Shown in pieces: positions 18,265 to 27,934 of a DNA stretch of 64,000 nucleotides. The notes below the pieces were generated by a model that saw nothing but the letters and a program-made list of their open reading frames with translations, did no database searches and had not been told where the DNA came from. The DNA is taken from IMG/VR virus record IMGVR_UViG_3300038463_000730, positions 62,001 to 126,000 of that record; one strand, 5' to 3'. Made by a program: the position numbers and the translations under genes. Numbering within the stretch: position 1 is the stretch's first letter; every line of letters begins with the position of its first letter.

Positions 18265-20895
18265 ATGGGTGAGATTCAAAGAGTATTGGGGCAATCTACT
18301 CCGACAGCAACAACGCTGACGGATTTGTATACCGTTCCATCAAATTATGCTGCTGTTATCAGTTCAATCACAATCTGTAACTCGAATCCTTCGACAACAA
18401 TTCTGTTTAGAATATCGATCGCGCAAACCGGAGCATCGGATAACCTACAGCAATACATCTACTACGATTTGCCTCTGGCTCCGAACGACACATTCATCGC
18501 AACGATCGGTATTTCGTTGGCCGAGACAGATGTCATCCGAATCCAGAGTAACACGGCAAACGTATCGTTCAACGTTCTAGGAGTTGAGATTACTCCCGGT
18601 GTCATCCCGGGACCACCGGTAAATGCCGCTGGAGGAGACCTTGACGGATATTATCCAAACCCAAGTGTCGTCGCGATCGATGGCGTAGCCGTTACAGGTA
18701 TTCCGTCGAATGGGCAAATCCTTACCGCTTCTGGTTCATCTGCTGCAACGTGGCAAACGTTAACATTCCCTGTTGCGGCGGTTATTTTCGAAGCTACCGT
18801 TGCAAGTAGTCCGGAAAATCTTACCTCCGCACGAACGTTTAATCAGTCACCAACTACGACACCGTCTAGTTTCCAAGGAATCGTTAATCTAAGTACCGAC
18901 ACAACCGGTCTAACGGTAGGAGCTAATGGTAATTTCGCTACCATTACCGGTGGTGACCAAAACTTCATCACTGGAGATTACTGTACAATTTCTGGTGGCC
19001 TGCAAAATAGCAGCACGTTCGGTGACCATAGTTTTATTGGTGGCGGATTAAGTAACAACGTAAACTATCATTATGCGGTAGTGGTCGGTGGTCAAAGTAA
19101 CTCTTCCACTGGAGAGTGGGATTTCGTCGGTGGTGGTGGAGGGAACACGGCAGGATTCAACTATTCAGCTGTAGTTGGTGGTAACAATAACCTCACAGCT
19201 GGTAGTTATAACTTCATCGGCGCCGGATCTTCAATTGTTGTCGGATCTGGCGGTACGGGGCAATATTCTTCTATCGTAGGCGGAAGTTCCAATTTAATTG
19301 GAGCAGACTATTGTTTCATTGGTGGTGGTTCTGGAAACCAAATAGATGATTCAGCAACTAACACAGCAGTATACGGTGCAATAGCTGGTGGACAAGGAAA
19401 CGTCATTGACGCGAATGCCGGTCTATCCACAATCAGTGGAGGCTTCGAAAACACAATAACCGGCTCTGGACCTTGGGGTACAATAGGTGGCGGTAATAGT
19501 AACACTGTCGCTGGGAATTACGGATTTGTTGGTGGCGGAATCAATAATACCGTAAACGATCAATATGGCGCAATAACTGGCGGAAATAGCAACATTGTTT
19601 ACTATGGCGGCTTTGTTGGCGGTGGATCTAGCAACCTATCTGGTTCTACTTGGGGAGTGATAGCTGGCGGTTATGGTCACACCATTGCTGCCACGTCAGA
19701 CTACGGATTCATCGGTGGTGGATTATCCAACACAATCCTTGGAGGTGCCAGCACAAAATCAGCTATCGTTGGTGGAGAAATTAACTCGATCGGAGTAGCA
19801 TCGGGTGATTGTTTCATCGGTGGTGGTGACACGAACGTAATTGGAGATAATGCTGGATGGAACTTGATCGGTGGCGGACAGAATAACTCACTTGGAGTTA
19901 CAAGTGGAACGGGAGTTGGCTGGTCGGTTATTGCTGGAGGCTTTACCAATACGATTAGCGACACGTTCAGCTATAGTGCCATTGTTGGCGGTAGTACTAA
20001 CACGGTAGGCTCGAATTATAGTTCTGTTGGTGGTGGTTTTACCAACAATGTTCAAACAGATTATAGCGTTGTTGCCGGTGGTAGACAGAACACTGTTAGC
20101 AGTGCATACGGTGGGCAATATAACACTGTCAGCGGCGGATACTTCAATACATCGCAAGGCGGGTACTCAACAATAATTGGTGGCGCATTTAATACGTCAT
20201 ATTATTACTGTACTGTTGGTGGTTATAACAACTCAGCTAACGCGCAGTATGTTACACTGTTAGGTACTGGTCATACCGGTAGTGGAAGCTATTCTACAGC
20301 ACTCGGAGCATTTAACACTTGTAGCGGAGAAGCGTCTACTGTTATCAACAGTTTGAATGCCGCAAATGGTGAAAATTCATTTGCAGCAGGCTTCAATAGT
20401 AATGCGGAAAGAAATGGACAGTTTTCGCTCTCTTCTTCGGGTGGAAATATTACAGGTGGCCAAGGCGATGCTCAAAATGGTAACTTGGTGTATTCTGGTA
20501 AAACAGCTACACTTGGAACAGCATTCGTTCTAACAAGTTCATCAGCATTCAGCCCTGCTTCAGAAGAATTCGCTCTCGATACGGGCAAATACTACATCAT
20601 CACAATTAACATGGTTGGTTCAGCCAATAATGCGGCTGTTGGGCCGGTGTACAGCACAATTGTTGTCATGGCACACGTTGCTGCCGGAATCGCAATTATA
20701 GACAACACAGCTTCTTATGATGGACTTGTTGGTTATATTCCAGATCCACACGCAACGGGTTGGATATTTAGCGTCACAGTAGATGGAACGACAAATCTAC
20801 TACACATCAATGTTGACCCGAATGGTGATTCGACCAACACAATCAATGCTGTGGCAGATATCCGATGGGCAGAAGTCGCCGGGTTCTCTCAGTAA
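18265..20895 (+). CDS. tail fibre/adhesin with Gly-rich beta-roll (YadA-head-like) repeats, paralog 1
   Basis: N-terminal VLGQSTPTATTLTDLYTVP domain; about 14-aa xIxGGxxN repeats; conserved C-terminal domain ending ADIRWAEVAGFSQ. Confidence 0.75.
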   Translation: MGEIQRVLGQSTPTATTLTDLYTVPSNYAAVISSITICNSNPSTTILFRISIAQTGASDNLQQYIYYDLPLAPNDTFIATIGISLAETDVIRIQSNTANVSFNVLGVEITPGVIPGPPVNAAGGDLDGYYPNPSVVAIDGVAVTGIPSNGQILTASGSSAATWQTLTFPVAAVIFEATVASSPENLTSARTFNQSPTTTPSSFQGIVNLSTDTTGLTVGANGNFATITGGDQNFITGDYCTISGGLQNSSTFGDHSFIGGGLSNNVNYHYAVVVGGQSNSSTGEWDFVGGGGGNTAGFNYSAVVGGNNNLTAGSYNFIGAGSSIVVGSGGTGQYSSIVGGSSNLIGADYCFIGGGSGNQIDDSATNTAVYGAIAGGQGNVIDANAGLSTISGGFENTITGSGPWGTIGGGNSNTVAGNYGFVGGGINNTVNDQYGAITGGNSNIVYYGGFVGGGSSNLSGSTWGVIAGGYGHTIAATSDYGFIGGGLSNTILGGASTKSAIVGGEINSIGVASGDCFIGGGDTNVIGDNAGWNLIGGGQNNSLGVTSGTGVGWSVIAGGFTNTISDTFSYSAIVGGSTNTVGSNYSSVGGGFTNNVQTDYSVVAGGRQNTVSSAYGGQYNTVSGGYFNTSQGGYSTIIGGAFNTSYYYCTVGGYNNSANAQYVTLLGTGHTGSGSYSTALGAFNTCSGEASTVINSLNAANGENSFAAGFNSNAERNGQFSLSSSGGNITGGQGDAQNGNLVYSGKTATLGTAFVLTSSSAFSPASEEFALDTGKYYIITINMVGSANNAAVGPVYSTIVVMAHVAAGIAIIDNTASYDGLVGYIPDPHATGWIFSVTVDGTTNLLHINVDPNGDSTNTINAVADIRWAEVAGFSQ

Positions 20896-20903
20896 AGGAA
20901 ATA

Positions 20904-23795
20904 ATGAGCCAAGGTAATGCAAAACGTAGCGTAGTAACTGGAATTAACGGAGTAGCAGTCAGTGGTACACCGTCGAGCGGACAAGCACTTGTTGCTACAT
21001 CTTCCACTGCGGCTACCTGGCAGTCTATCGCGGTTGAGTTCGAGGCAACGCTAGCTAGCAGCCCTCAGAACATAACATCAGCACGAACGATCCATCAGTC
21101 ACCAACAACAGCACCATCGACATGGAAAGGGATCGTTAACCTCAGTTCAGACACGAGCGGAACGACACTTGGAGCTGATGGTAATTTCGTTACCATTGTA
21201 GGTGGAGATCAAAACACAATCCAAGATGACTATGGTTTTATAGGTGGCGGTTTAGAAAACTCTATTGCGTCTGGTTGCACATATGCGGTAATTGGCGGTG
21301 GTTCAGGTAACTCTATAACGGATAGCGGAATAGGTGATCATGGACTTATTTGTGGTGGATTCTCTAACACTGTAAATAACAACGGATCATCAACTGTAGT
21401 TGGTGGTCATGCTAACATCGTATCTGGAGCTAATTCTTCTATAGTTGGAGGATACAATAATACATTGTCTAATGACAATGCATTCATTGGTGGTGGCGCT
21501 AGCAATACCGTTACTGGAGAATACTCTGTCGTTGTCGGTGGAGATATTAATGATGCAGTTGGGAGCTACTCTTTCATCGGCGGTGGATACGCAGGTCTTA
21601 CCTATGCAAATTATTCAAGTATTCTTGGTGGAAACTCAAACTACATTTACAATCCATATTCTGCCATAGTTGGCGGTTTCAACAACACTATCTTCAGTCA
21701 ATTTAGCGTCGTTACAAACGGTCAGTGGAACTCGATAAGCCAAGCTACTCTGACCGGTACAACAGCTTCGGTTGCACTAAATTCTGACAGTAATCTAACG
21801 GCTGCTTCTGTCACAATCAGTGTGTCAGGCGCAACGGCAACGGTCACCGGTTTCACCGGGATCACCGCTGCTGTAATTGGCGAAACGATCACAATCACAG
21901 GTTCGCCCGTTTCTGAGAACAATGGAAACTGGATTATCATTGGAATTACCAATGGCGCAACAGTCGTGATACTATCATACGGTGCTTCTGGTAATGTCGG
22001 TACTGATATGAGTGGATCAGCCTCCGTAGTAGGCTTCGGTGTCCAGGTTTCTGGATTAGCAGGAAATGCCGTAGCAACGATGGTTGGCGGAGCGATTACA
22101 TTATCAAATTCCGGCTCAAACAATAACGGCACATTCTTTATTGTTAGCTTTATTGATTCGAACAATATCACGATAGCCACTGCATACCCGGCCGTAGAGG
22201 GTGGTACTTTACATTTTGAGTTCGCAGGAAGCCAGTTGACCACTATCAATGGTCAATACAATCAGATCGATGGTAGTTCATCTGGAGTTTTATCTGGTTC
22301 ATTCGGAGCTATCAGCGGAAACGCCTCTGTGATTGCGGGTGGTTCACAGAACATAGTAAACAGCAACTATACTTTCATTGGTGGTGGTGCGCAAAACATC
22401 AGCTATTCTGATAACAACTTCATCGGTGCCGGTTATCAGAATACTATTAGCGGAAACTCCGTTCCAGGATATGCAACAATCGTTGCCGGATCGGGTAACA
22501 CGATCGGTTATTCTTCTGGTCTGACGTTCATCGGCGGCGGTCAGGGCAATTTTATCGGTACGACCAGTTCAACAGGCTGGGGTTCCGTGGTTGGTGGTCA
22601 AGGTAACTCAGTCAACTCGAACTATGGTTTCGTCGGTGGTGGAGCGAGTAACAGTGTCGGGACGATGTTTAGTTTTATCGGTGCTGGCTCCAACAATATC
22701 ATCTCTTCTGATCCTTCAAATACTTTTTCTGAAAACTGTGTAATAACAGGTGGCGCTAATAACTCGATCAGTACGCTTTCACAAGGAGCAGCGATCGGTG
22801 GTGGATATAATAACACCATCCAAATTTCATCCGGCTACACTGTTATCGCTGGTGGAACCTCGAATACAATTCAAGGATATGCTGGATTCGCTACGATCAG
22901 TGGTGGCAGCTCAAACTCAGTAGATTCTTCATGGGGCGGTGTTGGGGCCGGAAACCTTAATTCATGTTCTGGAGGTTACAGTTACATTGGTGGCGGACAA
23001 AACAATGCGACTTACGGAAACTACAGCATTGTCGCCGGAGGATATCAGAGTAGTGCGGCTGGTGCGTATGCTACTGTTTCTGGAGGTTACCTTTGCGAAG
23101 CAAATGCAAACTGTTCTGTTTCTATAGGTGGACAAGCCGCTATCTCGAATGGCTCTAACGCTATTGCTGGTGGATATTATTGCGTCGCAAACGGAGACTT
23201 CTCCGTTGCCATTGGAGACAACAATACTTCAACCGGGATCGGTTCAGTCGCACTCGGCACTTCTTCGAATCCGGCACGGTTCGGTCAAATGTCACTGTCT
23301 TCATCAGGAAATAACGTTACACAGAACTATGTTGCCGGTGTCGGTGCCGGTGACACGCAGAATGGTAACGTTGTTTACGGTAATAGACAGCCAACAGTCG
23401 GATCAGCATTCGTATTGACTGATGGCAGTGGTTCGTATACCGGTGCCGAATTTGCTTTGTTGGGTAACTCGGTATCGAGCCTGAACCAGTATTATTCACT
23501 CAATATTCGAATCGTATTGTACGCGAACAACGCCGCTGTTGGTCCGGCAACATGGGTATATGAAGTTTTGGCTCACGTAGCCGGTGGCATCGCGATCATT
23601 GATCACCAAGCAGAAGTATTGGTACAACTTGGTTTCCCAAATGATCCGAACGGTACTGGTTGGCTCACATCGATCACGGTGGATGGCACGACCAATATCT
23701 TGCATATCAACGTTGATCCAAATGGTGACGTAACCAATACAATCAATGCATCAGCAGATATTAGATGGGTTGAGGTTTCAGGATTTGCTCAGTAA
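20904..23795 (+). CDS. tail fibre/adhesin with Gly-rich beta-roll repeats, paralog 2
   Basis: AAGGA RBS gives start MSQGNAK at 20904; same neck and repeats; ends ADIRWVEVSGFAQ. Confidence 0.75.
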   Translation: MSQGNAKRSVVTGINGVAVSGTPSSGQALVATSSTAATWQSIAVEFEATLASSPQNITSARTIHQSPTTAPSTWKGIVNLSSDTSGTTLGADGNFVTIVGGDQNTIQDDYGFIGGGLENSIASGCTYAVIGGGSGNSITDSGIGDHGLICGGFSNTVNNNGSSTVVGGHANIVSGANSSIVGGYNNTLSNDNAFIGGGASNTVTGEYSVVVGGDINDAVGSYSFIGGGYAGLTYANYSSILGGNSNYIYNPYSAIVGGFNNTIFSQFSVVTNGQWNSISQATLTGTTASVALNSDSNLTAASVTISVSGATATVTGFTGITAAVIGETITITGSPVSENNGNWIIIGITNGATVVILSYGASGNVGTDMSGSASVVGFGVQVSGLAGNAVATMVGGAITLSNSGSNNNGTFFIVSFIDSNNITIATAYPAVEGGTLHFEFAGSQLTTINGQYNQIDGSSSGVLSGSFGAISGNASVIAGGSQNIVNSNYTFIGGGAQNISYSDNNFIGAGYQNTISGNSVPGYATIVAGSGNTIGYSSGLTFIGGGQGNFIGTTSSTGWGSVVGGQGNSVNSNYGFVGGGASNSVGTMFSFIGAGSNNIISSDPSNTFSENCVITGGANNSISTLSQGAAIGGGYNNTIQISSGYTVIAGGTSNTIQGYAGFATISGGSSNSVDSSWGGVGAGNLNSCSGGYSYIGGGQNNATYGNYSIVAGGYQSSAAGAYATVSGGYLCEANANCSVSIGGQAAISNGSNAIAGGYYCVANGDFSVAIGDNNTSTGIGSVALGTSSNPARFGQMSLSSSGNNVTQNYVAGVGAGDTQNGNVVYGNRQPTVGSAFVLTDGSGSYTGAEFALLGNSVSSLNQYYSLNIRIVLYANNAAVGPATWVYEVLAHVAGGIAIIDHQAEVLVQLGFPNDPNGTGWLTSITVDGTTNILHINVDPNGDVTNTINASADIRWVEVSGFAQ

Positions 23796-23805
23796 TGGAG
23801 AATAA

Positions 23806-25659
23806 GTGAGTCAAAATAGCGCAAAAAATGCATCAGTTCCAGCCGGGCCAGCTGGTGGCGATCTTGGTGGTGATTATCCAGATCCATCAGTAAACGCAAT
23901 CAATGGAGTCGTCGTTACTGGTACTCCGACTGCTGGCCAAGTTCTTAAGGCAACATCTTCAAGCGCAGCAGATTGGCAAACGCTCGCTACAAATACATTG
24001 CCGATTACATTTCAGCCATCCGGCACAGCTCATAGTAATGTGTTTGTAACCGAGGCAGCTCTCAATACAGCTGTGTTAGCAACGTTCGGGGCTCAAACAG
24101 TCTACGTCGATTTGAACCAGTGCAGCGGCGCCTATACTACAACAACAGCACTTAATATTGGTGAGTTTCTAATCGGTGTACCGTTTGCAAACAACGGACT
24201 AACTCCAGTTTTAACCCTTGGTAACACGGTCACGATCTATAACTTTGGTAACAATACATACAACAATGACGCGGTCGAAATTCGTGACATTCGACTTAAA
24301 CAACAGAGTGGTCCTAACTTCGCTCCGTTGCAATTCTTACGATTGACTGGTGACACGGTCATTTACAGCAATGATTCGAGCGGGTTGTATAACGTTCCAC
24401 CGATAGGCGGAGGCAGCTATGCTGTATTGGAAGCTTTCGATCAATCAGTAATAGGAGAAGGTTTACCTGTTATAAATGTTGGTTCGGCTACCCTTAATAT
24501 CTACCTAAATGGCAGCTCCACATTGAATGCTGGCGCCTTGACAATATCAGGCGGAACAGTAAACATCTATGTTAATTCGGCTTCAGCAACGGTTGACACG
24601 AGTTATATCGGTATGTCAGGTATCGCGGTTTACTTCAATAGCTCGGTTGTTTTTAATGGTGGAGCATCGGGTGTAGCGAACATCATGGCCGGGAGACCGA
24701 CAAATCAATCGCCTATCACGGCAGCCGGTACACTTGAAGGCGTAGTTAATTTTGGAAGCGATACGACAGGAATAACAACTGGAGCTAGTGCCAATTTCGC
24801 CACAATTAGTGGCGGAGATCAAAATGTTGTTAGTGGCATCTATGGCGTTATTGGTGGCGGAATTCTAAATAACGTGTCTGGCCAATATAGTTCTGTTGTT
24901 GGTGGAGACTCAAATATCGCAAATGGTAACGAAGCGTTTGTTGGCGGAGGCGTTACCAACTATGCCAGTGGTCAATACTCTGTTGTATGCGGTGGCCAAG
25001 CCAACGTCGCCGGAGGTTACCAATCTGCCATTGGTGGTGGCTTTGGTAATATTGCAGATGGACAAGCATCAGCTTGTTTCGGTTATGGTAATAACGTAAC
25101 TTCTTATGCATTTGCTACAGGAAGCTATAATGATGTAAGTGGTGCATGGGGAGTAGCTCATGGCTACGGTTCCCTAGTTCCAAGATTTGGTCAATTCGGA
25201 CTAACATCGTCAGGTACTAACCTGTATAATATCGGTGACTCTCAATCTAACGTAATGACATTGGCTAACGTACAGTCTACTGTCGGTTCACCATTTTATT
25301 TGCTAACTGCCGGGTTTACAGAGTTTAGCGCTGTTAATCAAGTTGCCAGTGCCAATCAATATTACTCAATGAATATTCGAATAATCGCAATGGCTCGCAA
25401 CGCAGCGGTCGGGCCGGTAACATTCGTTTGGGAAGTGCTGATGCACACCGCTTCAGGTAACGTCGTAATCGACTCGGCTGTGCAAATGCTGGCTAGCCCG
25501 GCCCAGACTGATCCGTACGGAACAGGCTGGACATCATCGATCACGGCTCCAGGTGGGATGACATTACGAATCAGTATCGACCCAGGTGCAGACGCGACAA
25601 ATACGCTTAACGGTATGGCTGAATTAAAATGGGCCGAGATTTCTGGCTTTCAACAATAA
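23806..25659 (+). CDS. tail fibre/adhesin with Gly-rich beta-roll repeats, paralog 3
   Basis: GGAG RBS with GTG start; AGGDLGGDYPDP repeat; shorter repeat block; ends AELKWAEISGFQQ. Confidence 0.75.
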   Translation: MSQNSAKNASVPAGPAGGDLGGDYPDPSVNAINGVVVTGTPTAGQVLKATSSSAADWQTLATNTLPITFQPSGTAHSNVFVTEAALNTAVLATFGAQTVYVDLNQCSGAYTTTTALNIGEFLIGVPFANNGLTPVLTLGNTVTIYNFGNNTYNNDAVEIRDIRLKQQSGPNFAPLQFLRLTGDTVIYSNDSSGLYNVPPIGGGSYAVLEAFDQSVIGEGLPVINVGSATLNIYLNGSSTLNAGALTISGGTVNIYVNSASATVDTSYIGMSGIAVYFNSSVVFNGGASGVANIMAGRPTNQSPITAAGTLEGVVNFGSDTTGITTGASANFATISGGDQNVVSGIYGVIGGGILNNVSGQYSSVVGGDSNIANGNEAFVGGGVTNYASGQYSVVCGGQANVAGGYQSAIGGGFGNIADGQASACFGYGNNVTSYAFATGSYNDVSGAWGVAHGYGSLVPRFGQFGLTSSGTNLYNIGDSQSNVMTLANVQSTVGSPFYLLTAGFTEFSAVNQVASANQYYSMNIRIIAMARNAAVGPVTFVWEVLMHTASGNVVIDSAVQMLASPAQTDPYGTGWTSSITAPGGMTLRISIDPGADATNTLNGMAELKWAEISGFQQ

Positions 25660-25688
25660 TGCAATAACGAGATATATAAAGGAACATC

Positions 25689-25979
25689 ATGATTACAGTT
25701 ACATCGACAACCAACGCTCCCGGTACAACAATTCGGGTTCACTCTATCTGTTTGAACTTCACGTTGGCCGATTCCTTCGTAAACCTGTCCGTCAGATTGC
25801 TTGATGGATACGGGCAGCTCATTCGTCTGCCTCAGCCTGTACGTCAGATGACGCCAACTGAGACAAACGCACTGATGGCACTCGGAGCCAACGCAAGCGA
25901 AACACTATCACAGTTTGTCGCACGCGCAGCCGCTCCGTACATCGAAGCTGTCTACGGCATTACGTACACTACTGTATAA
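25689..25979 (+). CDS. small protein closing the fibre cassette (possible fibre chaperone/accessory)
   Basis: 96 aa with AAGGA RBS; role inferred from position only. Confidence 0.55.
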   Translation: MITVTSTTNAPGTTIRVHSICLNFTLADSFVNLSVRLLDGYGQLIRLPQPVRQMTPTETNALMALGANASETLSQFVARAAAPYIEAVYGITYTTV

Positions 25980-25988
25980 TCCGGGCCG

Positions 25989-26540
25989 TTACAGCATAAT
26001 CGTATAACGTTCGGCGCGATCGAGGACGGAGAGGACTTCCTTTTCCGTCTTTCCGCCTATGTAGACCGGGCCAGATTCGATCGATTTGAGTTGTGGCACG
26101 GACGGATTCGATCTAGGCGCGAGACCGGTGATTGGAAATGTTGCGTGCAAATTGATTGCAGGAGTCACGATCTGGTTCAGTACAGAGAAACCACGAAGCT
26201 GACTCGGTATGAATCCTGTTTGTGGACTGACCGAAAACGATTGAGATCCACCAAAGAAGATATTCGCCCGTGAAGGCGCCATACGTTGTGGCCTGATACT
26301 ACAATAGGCGTAGAACACTTTCGGGTAATCAAGGAATAGTTCGTTGATTAGATGATTGTCACGAACATAATTAGGCTCATCTTCGCGCCCGGTATAGTTC
26401 CAGCTTCGCTCGACAATCACGATACGTGACCCGTACATCTTTTTCAAATGCTCGAAGTCAAAGATACAATTCTGTATCTTCTTTTCTAGTTTTTTAGAAC
26501 GAATCAGTGCCTTCGGTTTCGCCGATTTTACCGATTTCAC
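25989..26540 (-). CDS. hypothetical protein
   Basis: 183-aa ORF, GTGA overlap. Confidence 0.65.
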   Translation of the reverse strand: MKSVKSAKPKALIRSKKLEKKIQNCIFDFEHLKKMYGSRIVIVERSWNYTGREDEPNYVRDNHLINELFLDYPKVFYAYCSIRPQRMAPSRANIFFGGSQSFSVSPQTGFIPSQLRGFSVLNQIVTPAINLHATFPITGLAPRSNPSVPQLKSIESGPVYIGGKTEKEVLSVLDRAERYTIML

Positions 26541-26710
26541 CGGACCGACTCCACAAGTTGCTTGAGTTGGTCGATCGTGATCTCAACCGAATTGGCAATC
26601 GTTTTCAGCGCATTCAGATGGTCTTTGGCCGAGATGGTTAGGATAATCTTGCCCGGCACAGGCGAATGACCGATTTCGATGTAGCTCTTGTCTTCAAACT
26701 GAATTTTCAT
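26537..26710 (-). CDS. small hypothetical protein (57 aa, not in ORF track)
   Basis: MKIQFEDKSYIEIGHSPVPGKIILTISAKDHLNALKTIANSVEITIDQLKQLVESVR*, coupled by ATGA/GTGA overlaps at both ends. Confidence 0.75.
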   Translation of the reverse strand: MKIQFEDKSYIEIGHSPVPGKIILTISAKDHLNALKTIANSVEITIDQLKQLVESVR

Positions 26711-27087
26711 CGACGGAGTCCCATTTTCTGCAACCGAGTTAAAGCGCTTCTTAGCTCAGGAAGCACTTCTTCTATCTGAGTCTGCGTATCCTTCTCGTGC
26801 TTTGCGGCAAGAATAGCGTTGTGCAGGTTTGTAAAATCAGAGTAACGCAGCCCAGAAAAGATAATTTTCTCTTCGAGTAAAGATAGAGGGAGTTTGATAC
26901 TTTGATGTGAAGCGTTGATAAATCCTTCAAAAAATTCCGGATCAATATCTTCACAATCGAGGAAGTCCAATTCTATAACGCTATGGTTTGCAATGTCTTC
27001 GTAGACACAGATAAACAGATCTCGGCCCTGTTGTTCAGTCGTCAGGGTTTTGGCAATTTTACGCGCGACCTCAAAATGATACGCCAT
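26707..27087 (-). CDS. STAS-like (DUF4325-type) domain protein
   Basis: LTTEQQGRDLF...VIELDFLDCEDIDPEFFEGFI...KIIFSGL. Confidence 0.55.
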   Translation of the reverse strand: MAYHFEVARKIAKTLTTEQQGRDLFICVYEDIANHSVIELDFLDCEDIDPEFFEGFINASHQSIKLPLSLLEEKIIFSGLRYSDFTNLHNAILAAKHEKDTQTQIEEVLPELRSALTRLQKMGLRR

Positions 27088-27089
27088 GA

Positions 27090-27914
27090 TCAGAACTTAA
27101 GTTCTCGTCCGATCGTATCGTCATTGCGTAAAGTCATGATTTCGACGTGGTCTTCGTGAATCATAATGGTATGCTCGAAGTGCGCCCCGATATCATCCGT
27201 CGTGATCGTCCAACCATCCCGGCCTACATGCGTTCGTGGAACACCGGCTGTCAGCATCGGCTCGATAGCCAGCGTCATCCCGGTTTGCATCACGACACCC
27301 TCTTCGATCCCGGCACGATTCGGAACGAACGGTGCAGCGTGTGGCTTATTCTCCTCCAGGCCATGTCCGCCGTATTCCGTAATGACTCCGAATCCGGCAT
27401 CACGAGCGTATCGGTAAATTGCGTTCCCAATCACGCCAATACGACGTCCAGGAGCTACCATCTGTATTCCTGCATAAAGCGAAAGACGAGCCACGGAAAC
27501 AAGCTTCCTTTCTTCTTCTTTCCTCGGTTGTCCGAAGATAGCCGTACAAGCAGAGTCAGCAATCGCCGCCATGAAGGTCGCCCCAAGATCGAATTTAACG
27601 ACGTCTCCCTCTTGAAGCCTATAATCTTTAGGAATCCCATGTACAATCTCCTTGTTAATAGAAATACAAACGGCTTCAGGAAAGCCTTTGTAGTTCTTAA
27701 AGGTAGGTGTACACTTGTTATCTAGGATGATCTGCTCAGCCTCACGACTGAGTTCGAGCATCGTTTTAGTTGTTCCGGACTCAACTCGTTTCAAAAGATG
27801 AGTCAAGGTATCGGCTACGACTTTTCCGGCGTGACGTTGATTCTGGATCCAATCCGCCCCTTTCAAAACGATAAGTGATGATTGGGGCGTTCGTGATTGG
27901 CTTACGACTTTCAT
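27090..27914 (-). CDS. map: type I methionine aminopeptidase
   Basis: CISINKEIVHGIP, KFDLGA...ADSA, YGGHG, AIEPM, AHFEHT: all metal ligands present. Confidence 0.95.
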   Translation of the reverse strand: MKVVSQSRTPQSSLIVLKGADWIQNQRHAGKVVADTLTHLLKRVESGTTKTMLELSREAEQIILDNKCTPTFKNYKGFPEAVCISINKEIVHGIPKDYRLQEGDVVKFDLGATFMAAIADSACTAIFGQPRKEEERKLVSVARLSLYAGIQMVAPGRRIGVIGNAIYRYARDAGFGVITEYGGHGLEENKPHAAPFVPNRAGIEEGVVMQTGMTLAIEPMLTAGVPRTHVGRDGWTITTDDIGAHFEHTIMIHEDHVEIMTLRNDDTIGRELKF

Positions 27915-27934
27915 GCCTAACCTGTGGTTCAGAC

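Noticed and set aside
18265-25659. Diversity-generating retroelement acting on the three similar fibre C-termini
   Set aside because: No reverse transcriptase in the window. In the segment compared, differences are mostly synonymous and not adenine-specific, as expected for old paralogs.
12385-25979. Plus-strand fibre cassette as an invertible segment
   Set aside because: I saw no inverted repeats at its two ends and no recombinase gene. The divergent promoter explains the orientation.
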